The position numbers were made by a program, and so were the translations under genes. A stretch of 64,000 nucleotides of DNA from Balanoglossus misakiensis (taxonomy: Eukaryota > Animalia > Hemichordata), in contig CM082576.2 of NCBI GenBank assembly GCA_040954595.2, positions 8,807,129-8,871,128 on the forward strand, in the 5' to 3' direction. Below, piece after piece: positions 53,877 to 64,000 of the stretch. Every line of letters starts with the position of its first letter. The stretch's first letter is position 1. The notes beneath the pieces are model-generated. The model was not told the DNA's origin. It worked only from the letters and a program-made list of their open reading frames with translations, and ran no database searches.

Positions 53877-54214
53877 AAAGATGAAGGTGGTGGTGGTGAT
53901 GGTGGTGGTGACAACGGAAACATGGTGAAGGTGCAGGTAGTATAAAATACTTATTTTGCAAAAACTGCCCAGTAACAAACACGATCACTCTGAAGAACTG
54001 CAGACATGTCTTAAGTTGCATCTGCCCTCCATCTTAGCATTCAATTATGAAAAGTTACCTCCTTCATGGAAACTTGTCTGCATCAGCAGCATAACACACT
54101 GGCCACAGGGGTATATGTTTCAAGCATATCAGCTAATCAACCTACCTCATCTGTAATTTGGTCTGATTTCTGCTGGAGAATCTCCAGCTCGGTGCGCATG
54201 TCATCCTCTTCCAT
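15975..54214 (-). CDS. SNAP25: Synaptosomal-associated protein 25/23 family (Qbc-SNARE), 208-213 aa depending on isoform; exons 54214-54146, 32032-31991, [28751-28703 OR 28387-28339], 25273-25156, 23241-23104, 22699-22555, then one of five last exons
   Basis: Spliced protein [122 protein letters not shown]. Exon sizes of 42/49/118/145 nt match the recalled vertebrate SNAP25 structure. Confidence 0.96.
17430..17495 (-). CDS. SNAP25: SNAP-25 alternative last exon 8d: [21 protein letters not shown]
   Basis: gttcag acceptor, phase 0, 66 nt. N188/R191/I192/A195/R198 register conserved; paralogous to 8c. Confidence 0.82.
   Translation of the reverse strand, partial: SRLNVDRIGIATKRTEQLLKD
18429..18494 (-). 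CDS. SNAP25: SNAP-25 alternative last exon 8c: [21 protein letters not shown]
   Basis: actcag acceptor, phase 0, 66 nt. ANTRATKIL corresponds to vertebrate ANQRATKML. Confidence 0.88.
   Translation of the reverse strand, partial: SRLNAARIGQANTRATKILQS
19489..19569 (-). CDS. SNAP25: SNAP-25 alternative last exon 8b: [26 protein letters not shown]
   Basis: Strong pyrimidine tract + tatcag acceptor, phase 0, 81 nt. Heptad register conserved, with a basic C-terminal extension. Confidence 0.88.
   Translation of the reverse strand, partial: ASSNVLRIEKANTRASQILHKDKPKP
20393..20458 (-). CDS. SNAP25: SNAP-25 alternative last exon 8a: [21 protein letters not shown]
   Basis: catcag acceptor, phase 0, 66 nt. 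Aligns with vertebrate [22 protein letters not shown]. Confidence 0.86.
   Translation of the reverse strand, partial: AESNVQRLTVANTRAAKLLKD
22555..22699 (-). CDS. SNAP25: SNAP-25 exon 7 (second SNARE motif up to INDK)
   Basis: acag|[49 protein letters not shown]|gtaggt, 145 nt. Confidence 0.96.
23104..23241 (-). CDS. SNAP25: SNAP-25 exon 6 (linker)
   Basis: acag|[48 protein letters not shown]|gtcagt; contains the QPARV motif. Confidence 0.93.
25156..25273 (-). CDS. SNAP25: SNAP-25 exon 5 (end of first SNARE motif + palmitoylated Cys cluster)
   Basis: gcag|[42 protein letters not shown]|gtaagt, 118 nt. Confidence 0.96.
26939..27028. mobile_element. Tiny (about 90 bp) degenerate MITE, possibly piggyBac-like
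   Basis: Left end TTAA-CCCTTTCACC; the right end reverse-complements to TAACCATTTCGCC (11/13 match). Confidence 0.4.
28339..28387 (-). CDS. SNAP25: SNAP-25 mutually exclusive exon 4b: [16 protein letters not shown](E), SNAP25-like
   Basis: catcag|...|gtgacg, 49 nt, phase 0/1; long upstream CU-rich tract. Confidence 0.92.
28703..28751 (-). CDS. SNAP25: SNAP-25 mutually exclusive exon 4a: [16 protein letters not shown](E), SNAP23-like
   Basis: ttgtag|...|gtaagg, 49 nt, phase 0/1; 36/49 nt identical to exon 4b by hand count. Confidence 0.92.
28935..29069. mobile_element. Small MITE with TA target-site duplication (Tc1/mariner-type)
   Basis: TIRs CTGTAAAACATGAAATTTTCGC / CTGTAAAATGGGAAATTTTCGC (19/22), flanked by TA on both sides. 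Confidence 0.7.
31991..32032 (-). CDS. SNAP25: SNAP-25 exon 3: [14 protein letters not shown]
   Basis: ttctgcag|42 nt|gttggt, phase 0/0; near-invariant SNAP-25 motif. Confidence 0.95.
38291..38461. repeat. Diverged direct repeat (about 65-nt unit, about 107-bp period) inside a probable old interspersed repeat
   Basis: tttgatata.gg.ccagttgcaaa...aaat.tg.agttgagccagtaatct occurs at 38291 and 38398. Confidence 0.6.
38841..38885. repeat. 18-bp perfect direct repeat
   Basis: GATTCCCACGGAGTGATG at 38841-38858 and 38868-38885. Confidence 0.7.
43424..44503. mobile_element. Non-autonomous hAT-superfamily DNA transposon (1080 bp)
   Basis: Perfect 8-bp TSD GTAGCAGC (43416-43423 and 44504-44511). TIRs CAGGGATCGCGTTA / CAGGGATTGCGCTA (12/14). 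Repeated subterminal GGGAC/GTCC motifs at both ends. No transposase ORF. Confidence 0.85.
49878..50146. repeat. Diverged direct repeat (about 85-nt unit, about 180-190-bp period)
   Basis: attcattgaaaaatattgcc...gttgacatttacag.acataaaca...cagtgacact at 49878-49966 and 50066-50146. Confidence 0.65.
51341..51470 (+). mobile_element. tRNA-derived SINE fragment (CORE-like)
   Basis: Pol III A box TGGCCTAGTGG (51348-51358) and B box GGTTCAAATCC (51392-51402), followed by a CORE-like tgttgtacccttaagcatgccacttt. No complete cloverleaf. Confidence 0.7.
51520..51799. repeat. Foldback palindrome (about 125-bp near-perfect inverted arms), probable MITE
   Basis: Left arm 51520-51663 reverse-complements to right arm 51674-51799, apart from an insertion of about 20 nt in the left arm and a few substitutions. 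Confidence 0.8.
53792..53876. repeat. (GAT/ATC)n microsatellite, about 28 units, followed by (GGT)n
   Basis: Read directly from the sequence. Confidence 0.95.
54146..54214 (-). CDS. SNAP25: SNAP-25 first coding exon: [23 protein letters not shown] (exon likely starts at 54320 with 5'UTR)
   Basis: Kozak gccATGG, donor GAG|gtaggt, probable acceptor ttcgcag| at 54321. Matches vertebrate [24 protein letters not shown]. Confidence 0.92.
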
Positions 54215-56354
54215 GGCTGTCTGTAGCCAAGTGGTTGGCTAGAACGTTGACAATGCGAGGAGATATGCCTTGACTTCAGGAGGAGAAAAGTCCTATCAGC
54301 AGGGGTCAGGGCTGATGAACCTGCGAATGAACGCAAAATGTGCTGTTAATTATCATGCTGAACGGGTATATTCCTGTTTAAAGAGAATTCAGTAATCTGT
54401 ATGATCTTCAGGTGCACAAAGGAAGAGGGAGACCAAAATGAGGACATTTTGTGTGCATATTTATGATCTCAGAAATACTGTATGCAGGGGAAAGAAACCT
54501 TCTCTGAATATAGGATGAGTTGAGTTCATTATGTTAGTAGCCTTGAGGTTGTACGTTTCTTTTCCACACTTCCTGTTAAACCATTTGGAATATGCATACA
54601 GGAAAGTGGAAGTGGATGATTTCTGAAAACATTGACCTGTCGTCAATAGCATTTACACACCCAAATGCAAGAGCTAGTCACTTTATGAAATATTCAATAT
54701 GTGACACTTTAATAGGTTCCTCCTAAAGGAAACAAACAGCCAAAGAGCTTTAACAGAAATTGTACCGACTGTTGACACAACCATATTTTACCTGTTGTTA
54801 TGGTTATCATGTGACTAGGTCAATCATTGTTCAGCACCAAATTTCATATTTTCTTTTTTTTTCAGTGTTTAAGTTGCCACCATGCACATTCTCACTTGTA
54901 ATTAAACAGTAGCTCCTAAATTTCAAATGTGGTGACAATCATGTTGAGCTACTAGTATTCAGAAACCATCACATAGGGTATACTACTTAATAGGGGGAAG
55001 GATAATTTTTTTAATATTTATACAAGCTGGGTTAAATGGGAACACTGACAGACAGCTGTTGACTGAAAGCTAACAATATGGTGTTTATTCAGAGTATGTA
55101 ATATGATGATAATAAAAAACCTACAACTGTGTATTTTAAATACAGGTTGCCTGGGTTGAAATCCTAGTTGCAAGCTTCTTTCATAAAGTGTGTATACCAA
55201 TAAAGAAAAGGTTTTGTTCTCTTTTTCAAACTACTTATGAAATTTCACTTGACATCACATCTCGGAGGGGCGACAATTTTCCTGTTTCACGGGTTATAGA
55301 TTCTAAATTCTCTGGAAAATACTGCATCCGCTGTTCAATTTAACCTCTGTATTTTGAGTCTTCAAGTGCAAGATGAACTGACAGCATACTGTCTCTGTTC
55401 TAATGCACAAAACTTAATTCTTTTATTATGGAAATCAACAACCTGTGTCACACATGAGAAGGAGCACAATTTCAGGTGTTCATTTCTACAAAGTGTGCCT
55501 CACCGTCACGTATGTGTGAGATATTTTAAACAGGATAATTGCCACGCATACGGAATTGATGTATGTGATGGCATCGCCAACTGCATCTGTTCTCAGGTAA
55601 TTGCCTTTTGGATTTGGTGTGTCTCGCATCATGCACCTAATGTCGGTGCTGAAGTAATGGACTGACCTTTAATGGGACACAGTCTGGCTCCAAGACAGAT
55701 TATTTACTCTGAGTCGTCACACAAAGTGTGCAATAACTCATGAAATCAGAATTTTGTTTCTCCTCTAATTCTCTGTCATGGGACATTTACACATAAAAAT
55801 ACACTGAAATACTCTTGTCCCCATATGTGAATAAAACTGGCAGAGACCATTAAGTTCAATGAAATACTCTTGAAAACTGCAACGTTAGGCTTGATATCCT
55901 CCATTAATACAAGACTGGGAGACGTGCCTCAAACTCCACGACATCACCATGGGATTTCAGATGCCATCACGACTTTCACACATGATTCGATGGTTGCAAA
56001 TAGAATCACTAGGCAATAGCTGTGCACTCAAGTCAATATAATAAAGTCATTACGAAAATCAATAAATATCTGTCCACTGCCTTAGTGGGCAATCAATGTA
56101 AATGTGAAGATTTGTCCCTTTTAATTGAAAGAAAACTTAAAATTGATCTGTTTCCCATTTTATCTCGTGGCTGGTAAAATCATGAAAGATGATTGCTCCT
56201 TATCCTCTATCTCCACTTAAATTTAGATATGCACAGCAAGAAGCCATGAAATGAAAGACATAAAAGCAGAATAGAGGCACATTTTGAACTTGAATTTCAT
56301 AGCCATTGAATGAAGTGTGACCGATTTTTTATTGATGCAGAATACATCATGATA

Positions 56355-56533
56355 CAGTCAAACCTGTCTATAGTGGCCAGTCAAGGGACTTTACCAAACT
56401 GGCCTTTATAGACAGGTGGTCTTTATAGACAGGTTAATTTATACACGTGTAAATTGCACAGGGACTGTAACTAAGTGGTCACTATATAGAGGTGGTCACT
56501 ATATAGAGGTGGTCACTAACACAGGTTTGACTG
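56355..56533 (+). mobile_element. 179-bp Tc1/mariner(pogo)-type MITE, copy 1
   Basis: TIR CAGTCAAACCTGT...ACAGGTTTGACTG, TA TSD, internal 17-bp repeats GTGGTCACTATATAGAG. Confidence 0.9.
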
Positions 56534-58794
56534 TATACACATGTAGTTACAAAATGGAGAAGATTACAGTCTACAAGGTACACACAGCTACAGTGAGTCT
56601 CATCCAAGATGCAACAGCATGGGGGCTCAGTGTACAACATCTATTTAACCCACTATTTTAATAAGGGGCATTTATGTCGCATTAATTCCACATCCATTCT
56701 CAAAACAGTGGGGTAAGGTAATTTGGAATCATTGCACTATTATACTAATTACCAAAATAGCAATCTTTCTTTTCCATGTCTGAAATTACGCATGTACCTT
56801 GATATATCAGATAACTCCCACAATCCTCCAGAACATGAAGATGAAACTCTTTCCTGCAGCACAATTTGCTGTTCTAATCGCATAATGCTGTTCTGTTCGC
56901 ATCAGGGCACAGACTGATATTTTCCAGCCAAAGTTAGCAAAACTAGTCCAATTTCACAGAAACGCCAAGCACTGTTTGCTCATCAATATCGAACATTCCA
57001 CTCTCAATTTCTAACAGCAATCAATTCTGATTTCAATAAGTGCGCAGCTGTCTAAATGAATCAGAAACACTGATGCGTGTCAGACAACCTGCCCATACTC
57101 TGATATTCAATGCAAAGTACACGGCTAAATTAATTTGAAAATTATCCGCTGCTACTCACGGCAAAATGAATAATTTTCACGGAACAGATTAAATTCCGCA
57201 GAAGGGTAAGTGAATCAGAAGGGTTTACAGTAAATATTATTTAGGAAGTGCCCATGATTAAAATTTGATTTGAGGCAATTACAAAACAAATACGTAATAC
57301 AGATAGTCTTAATAAATACTTATTGTGTGGAAGGCTACAACTGCTTCACTTCTGCTACAGATGCAGGGCTCTCACTAACTTTTGGGTCAGGTGGCTAATG
57401 ACTAATATCAGCCAGCTGGATGTGCCACTAAAAGTATTGACAAACATATTAGTACTAATACCTTCAAACAGCAATGCACAGTTTGCAAACTGTAACAAAT
57501 GCTAATGGTAGCCCTGCTGATGATACAATAAATTCAAGAATGATAGAAATCTGACTTTGTTTCTAAATGTCTTAGAACTGAGCACTAGACTAGCAATGAT
57601 CTGATTGAAGCCTTACAGTAGGCTAGCTACACCATTAAAACTAGACAGACCAGTGAGGTAATCTTGCCTACTTTGACAGCTATGATTAGACATTTGTAAC
57701 CTGTCAAGATGATGATGCCCCCTGAACTCTGTGCAGGAGCAATGACTGGCCTTGGGACCTGTACATGTCAGTTACGATATGAACAGAGTGCTTGAGAGCT
57801 GCTGGGTCACAAGCAGCTAACTGATACCAAATGGTTACAAATGAAAAGTGTATGCCTTCACAAGGTATCTGCATTTTCATCCAATCACTCTACCACATAA
57901 AATGTAACCAGATATTCTTCTGATAGAATACAAATAGTTACCCTATCAAACCTTCTGACGCTCTTCAGGCTGCCCCTCTTTTTGAATGGAAATAAACAAC
58001 AGTTTTATCAACATAGTGTTAAACATAGTGTTATCAACATGAAATATGAGTGTAGGATCATAGCCATCATTCATCTGATTATTACCGTAACCATATCTGA
58101 CCATAGAGGGCAACTATCACTGAATAAATATAAGTCTGCAGCTGGCACAATTTAATAATAGAGCCACAGATTTATTCTGTTGATCTTTTATAAACAAATG
58201 TCACAATCATTCATATTTGCACATGCCATCCTATGAACTAAATAATTTAATATATCCACCTGTTTATACCCACTTTCAAAAATCAAAAGTGGATTGATCC
58301 ACCTCTGGCAAACTGTACATGTGTGATGTATTACTATTCAACTCTTTGCTTGAAGATGGGATCTCAGGCTACATCTCATTTTCATATTTTATCCTGAAAC
58401 ATAACAGTTGATTGTACTTGTAGGACAGACTATGGTGATACATGTAGGAAGGTCTGAAGACACAATTTACAGGAACATACACAATGTGGGGGACTTTAAA
58501 TTATAATATTTATAAACAGAAAAAATATGAGTTACCGGTACATAATTATTTGACAGTCTCCAACTATATGAAATGCCAGACAGTGTCACATTGAAAACTT
58601 TTCTGAAGGAGTAAATGTAAAAGCCAAATTTTCATTTAATATTTGATCACATTGCCATATCCAATTAAATAAAGTAAATCTAACCCAGATTTCTGTGATA
58701 AACCAAATTGGCAGCAACATTTTTACCGAGTGGCCATTTATCACTTATGCTGTATTCAAACATACATCAATTAAATTTCAAGACAAGCGACCTA

Positions 58795-58973
58795 CAGTCA
58801 AACCTGTGTTAGTGACCACCTCTATATAGTGACCACCTCTATATAGTGACCACTTAGTTACAGTCCCTGTGCAATTTACACGTGTATAAATTAACCTGTC
58901 TATAAAGACCACCTGTCTATAAAGGCCAGTTTGGTAAAGTCCCTTGACTGGCCACTATAGACAGGTTTGACTG
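58795..58973 (-). mobile_element. 179-bp MITE, copy 2 (inverted)
   Basis: Reverse complement reads identical to copy 1; TA TSD. Confidence 0.9.
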
Positions 58974-59012
58974 TACAAGGAAATCGCTTTTCGAAACACA
59001 ACCTGATAGGTA

Positions 59013-59191
59013 CAGTCAAACCTGTCTATAGTGGCCAGTCAAGGGACTTTACCAAACTGGCCTTTATAGACAGGTGGTCTTTATAGACAGGTTAATTTAT
59101 ACACGTGTAAATTGCACAGGGACTGTAACTAAGTGGTCACTATATAGAGGTGGTCACTATATAGAGGTGGTCACTAACACAGGTTTGACTG
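59013..59191 (+). mobile_element. 179-bp MITE, copy 3
   Basis: Reads identical to copy 1; TA TSD; 39 bp from copy 2. Confidence 0.9.
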
Positions 59192-62100
59192 TATAATTAA
59201 TCAAACCAGTTTTTCTAGTGTCTTCGATCAATTCATTATTCTGAATGCATCTGCAAAGATGAAAACAGATTGGTATATAATTCTGCTCACGATATGATTT
59301 ATATGTTTACTAGAAAAACGTAAAGTCTGCAATGCTTTACAGTAACAGTTGGATAAGACTATACACAATGTGCCCAGGAAAAAAAGCGACTATCACTATG
59401 CTGTTCAATAATTCCATTCCGTATATGTAAATTCCACACACACAGGTGACTATATTATACACTCTTGTCACCACACTTTGCCTTGTAATCCACTCCTACA
59501 GACACACTCTGTCAACAGTGTCAATTTCCTGTGGCCACTGCAATAATAATGTTAGTAATAACTGAAATGGCACGTCAAGAAAGGGGCCATAGGACAGAGG
59601 GAGTTTTAATTAATACAGAGCTAGCTGCCGTCACTCTTGTATATTTCGAATACATTCACAGGCAAGATTTAAATCTTCAGGGCTTCTCTTTTCTTAAAGT
59701 AACCTACAAACATAAAGGGCCAATGCATTAAGAATTTCAGTAATCTGAAAAAGAAATTAGCGAATGGAGTCTTTGAGGACTATACAGCCACTGATTACTC
59801 ACTTTTTGCTCCATTTGCTCAGGAACTGCTCATATATTGGATTCATGGTCAATTACTACATTTTAAAGGCATTGGGTAAACAAAATCTGGCACAAAAATT
59901 CTAGCACTACTTTTATATATTTCTGAGGCAAACATAATTAGTAAACCCATGCTTTGGTCATGGTAATGGTAGTCATTATAAAAGTCAATTTTCATCAGTT
60001 TATGCAAGAAATTATTCTCTAGACACTATACACTGCACCGGCAGCATGTATGATTTAGCAAGTAATAGCATTACCATGATGATTAGTGCCAAATGAAAAG
60101 TGAAACCCTGTCTTGCAATAACTCAACTAAATATCAACTAATTTCCATTTTCTTGCAATATAGTTACATATTATAATAATAGTAACTATGACCCAACAAT
60201 CATAAAATCACTATTTTTTGCATCAAACCACTGAACACATGTGACATCCATAGAATATAAATGTAGGGGCTGATACATCCCCAACATCATACATGTAATG
60301 ATTAAATTTATCGCATTGGCTCACTGTTTCACTGAAATGATTAGTCATAACATTGTAATGCACCACTAAAGTTTTAAACCATTATTTCTTTCGTGATGGC
60401 ATCTGATTAGGGAGTTCTGTATTGATCTCTTGATCAAAAAGTGAACATCCCTTTGTAAACACAAATCACAAAGCTCAGTAATGGCACGTATCTCTTGAAA
60501 TAACTCACTGGCAAGTATATTTAGATGACAGCGAGAATCTGACAATGTTTCTTTGCTATTTCCTGTATGTGATATTGATCACAAACAGATCACAATGCAA
60601 TAAATTATAGTAATGTCAACTGTGCTTGTTTTTTTGTCTCATTATAATTTTTGAACATTTAAATTGTTACTGAAAATTTCTTCTTTATCACAATCTAATG
60701 TTTAATATTTCCCAAAATATTACAAAAATGATGAACTCACTGTATCAAAATGAACGTTTTGGAAACACTATCCCTCAGACGTATTGTGAATATTAATTAT
60801 AGCAGTGCCATTATGTGGGAAAAAATCAATGTTCGGTTAGACAGAGAAATATGTGAAATTTAGGCTATTTCAAAATCAATAAAGAAAATATCAAATTAAC
60901 AGGCGGCATGTACAGTGTTTTGCCTGTTTTCTTAGCTACTGTCAAGAAGCATTTTTTTACATTATGGAATTTTACTCAAGTGACTACGAACATGCTTATT
61001 TATTCATGTATTGTTTCAGTCATTAATGAACAAGTTCATAAATTCTTTATTAACATCAAACAGTGACACCATAAAATCTGGTTTCATTCTAACCTTTCAC
61101 ATTAATAGAATTGATAACCTTGCCTACAATATTTGTTGCCCTATCTTTTCTTGTAAATGTTTCATATTATCTTATTCACATTATTATTCTCTGCATCAAA
61201 AGATAACACAGAAACATTTATAATCATGAAATCATGAATACAGCCTAAATAATTATACATCATTGATGTAACTGCAATACTGACTTGTGTTGAAAGTTGG
61301 AGAGAGAATAATACTCATCATATTCTGAAGAGTGTTGCCAAGGTCACATGTCTGACCTTAGGATATGTTCTTGCACTGTGACCCATGTTATCTACCCTTT
61401 GATTCATTGTGCGGTAGGATATTAGTAAGTTGTAATTTTTACAGTTACCAAACTTCAATATTGCAAAAAAAGGTATTATAAGAAAGTCAAATAAAGATGA
61501 TCAAATTTCTCATACACTTGTTTTGGTTGGGTTTTTTTTACTATGAGGTTGATGATGACCCTACATCAAATTGTCATGTTTAATTGATTAACACTGGATA
61601 TGAAATGACACTTATTTCTTATAATGTGTAGTTGTTCTTTTTATGAGCAACTAATTTATCTTCGAAAGAGTCACTCCAAGCCTGAGACATTTCTCCACTG
61701 GTAACCTCCCCCACCCCACCCCCCACCTCAGTGATACTGCTCTCCCCTCAAAGTGTCACTGTTAAGGGAACATAAATAACCCGATGGTTCGGTCGCATTT
61801 CAGCTAGCATTCTATTATTTTACGTCTATGATTACGGTTCTGGTGTAAAAGACTATTTTGGAAGACAGTGTTATTCATTGGGGAGTTAAGGTTTCATTCG
61901 TTTTTCATTCCGCATTTTGCATTGACTGAAAGGATAACCATGCAAGTTGTGATTGACGTTTAATCACCGCAGTTTTAATGGCCCATTTTACGAAAAATGG
62001 GATGCCAACGTATCACGTAGACTGGAATATTATCAAGTTTGTCAAATATGGAACACAATACAAAGTTTACGCTCGTAAAAACATGAAATGTAGGGTGTAT

Positions 62101-62268
62101 ACTGTACACTGCAGTGAGTGTACACACTGAGACGGCTGAGAAAAAAAAATCAAAACTACATCAACACGTCTTACTGTGACAGCAGGGCCGACGCCTACAC
62201 ATTATCAGATAAAAACATGTTAAAATGTGCAGAAGGCCATGAAATTTGATTAAGATTTTGTTAAATAC

Positions 62269-62495
62269 CTTATGTGTTTCTGTTACTGTCTGTAAAGTCG
62301 AAATGTTCACCAAATTTACGGATCCCGGAACAGCTTCGCCGAGCGAAAATCCAAAATGGCTTCAGAATGACGTCACGGGGAAACTCCTACCTGTCGATAT
62401 CAGTGTCAGCTACAAGGTGTACGATTGGTCTAGAATAGCTATCGCGTTGCTTTCAAACACTCTAGTCCAATCAGACAATGTCTTAGTCCAATGTT
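62269..62495. promoter_or_regulatory. Probable (bidirectional) promoter with a candidate non-coding first exon of SNAP-25 (donor at 62268, - strand)
   Basis: CpG-enriched. Perfect CRE TGACGTCA at 62368-62375, YY1-type CAAAATGGCT at 62352-62361, CCAAT boxes at 62424, 62467 and 62488, and a - strand AAG|gtattt donor. Confidence 0.55.
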
Positions 62496-62689
62496 GTGTA
62501 TCATAATATCGACTCCAGATTTCTTCTAGTAAGTTAAATTTCGAAAAAAAATCTGAATCAAAAGTGTCCATATAGATAAATGCTAAAACAATTAATGCTC
62601 GAAATATTTTAAATGACTAGTGATGATATTTTTTATATTTTTGCAAAAGAGATCTTCCAAGCAAAGACCAGAATTCCAAGCGTGACCGT

Positions 62690-62815
62690 GTTTCCCCAAC
62701 ATGGCGGATTTCATTGATTCAAGAAGTTGTCGACCGCTACTGAGGTGAAGTCGTTGTTGTTCGCACATCTACCTGTGATTGAACGTGGGTATTGCACGTC
62801 TTCGTCTTATGCAAG
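62690..62815 (+). other. Candidate first exon of an unidentified divergent gene
   Basis: AACATGGCGG (YY1/Kozak-like) at about 62698 and a donor AAG|gttagt at 62816. The ATG at 62701 opens only 15 codons unless spliced at 62745. No recognisable product. Confidence 0.3.
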
Positions 62816-64000
62816 GTTAGTGGCACAGATTTCCGAAATATGTTGAGCGCAACCACGCTCGACAATGATACTTTGCGACAATTTGCTACTGTGCAACTTG
62901 TTGGAATGTTTATAGATCATAATCAACGATTCTAATGTTTACATGTTCTTTGGAGGCAGGGGCTATGTAATTAAGCAGTCAAGATCCGAACGTACGCTCT
63001 GGGTCTGAATTATAAAAAAGTGTTACATTTTGGGAGCTGTGGTCGATTTTAAAGTGCGTGGCTCGATCGCCGCATAATTCTGCAAGTGTTACATTACTCG
63101 TGTACATACGGTGTGTACAGTACATGTGTACACAAGTCGTTACACGGTGTACAAATGTATTTCTTGTCACCATTTAGCAAGACGACATACGGGGGCATTA
63201 TTGATTGGAAAATGTGTTTTCAACTCCGTCTAGTAGTCACATTGACCTTAAATTACGATTCCGCCAGGTCACGATTTCTTTTCAGTAAATTTCTAATGGC
63301 CATAAAATTGACAGTTAAAAGTCTGGTTTTAGTGTAAATGGGGAATGAACGTGCTGAGACATGCTAAGGTCATCCAGGCTGCACAAACCCCCACCGTTGT
63401 GTTTTTATGGGTTCGGTAAGATTAATTAAAAATAACTATTTTTAACTTTTTTATAATGTTGAAATCATATACCATTTGTTATGCACAGCTTACATGTATT
63501 TAGACCTGAGAAAAGTTAGACAGCATTATTACAACATATGTTTTATTGGGTTAAAACTTACAAAAAAATCCCCGGGGCAGTCTGAACAATAGTTTAAATA
63601 ACTTTATTTTTTATGACAGTAATCATGAAAATTAAGAACATTGCTTTTCCTACTGATAAATCGGTATTTTACTGTATAAAGTATTCAAGATTTTTTAACT
63701 GCTGTAACTGTCATTGACATTGTGGACCTGATTTTTGAATTTTGGCGCATTGGCAAAAGGCCAAAATTGTAATCTTTTGTGTTTGTTGTACGCTTATTCA
63801 CGTCAGTTCATCCATTCAAAGTGTCCACACACTCTTCAGTCACTGCAACGAATAAAATACTTCACTGTGCTGATAACCTGAAAGTTATCAGTTTTGTGGT
63901 TTAATATATGCTGTCTCGTGCAGGTAAACACGCTTTTTTTTGCTTTTTGAACATTGTTTGGAATGAGGCCAAGGTGTGCCTTTACTGGTTCTTATAGAAA

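Noticed and set aside
53654-54021. Poly-Ser, poly-His and poly-Ile ORFs
   Set aside because: Translation artefacts of the (GAT)n microsatellite.
54830-54838. REST/RE1 site upstream of the SNAP-25 first coding exon
   Set aside because: Only the left half-site TTCAGCACC is present, with no GGACAG right half.
56355-59191. CRISPR-like repeat array
   Set aside because: Eukaryotic context; the repeats are internal to a TIR/TA-bounded MITE and have no unique spacers or cas genes.

Overview
Eukaryotic (metazoan) genomic DNA: AT-rich, with spliced genes whose intron positions resemble vertebrate ones. A marine invertebrate deuterostome is a plausible source, but the species cannot be read from the sequence. 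Four protein-coding genes were rebuilt exon by exon with consistent splice phases: (1) the 5' part of LRRC57 (- strand, runs off the left edge); (2) NTPCR (+, 5 exons, 198 aa), head-to-head with LRRC57; (3) PPP5C/PP5 (-, 12 exons, 499 aa), containing a U12-type minor intron; (4) a single SNAP-25/SNAP-23-family gene (-) spanning about 12.4-62.3 kb. The main finding is the SNAP-25 gene's cassette architecture. Exon 4 (SNARE layers -4 to 0) is tandemly duplicated into one SNAP23-like and one SNAP25-like copy that must be mutually exclusive. At least five paralogous, intact alternative last exons each encode a different C-terminal end of the second SNARE helix. Together these could give at least 10 isoforms from one locus, surrounded by RBFOX, NOVA and PTB-type motifs. 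The large introns hold several non-autonomous DNA transposons (a hAT element with an 8-bp TSD; three identical Tc1/mariner-type MITEs, two forming a perfect 179-bp hairpin), a tRNA-derived SINE, a foldback palindrome and microsatellites. A probable bidirectional promoter and the first exon of an unidentified + strand gene lie near the right end. Gene identities rest on recalled orthologue sequences, not on a database search.
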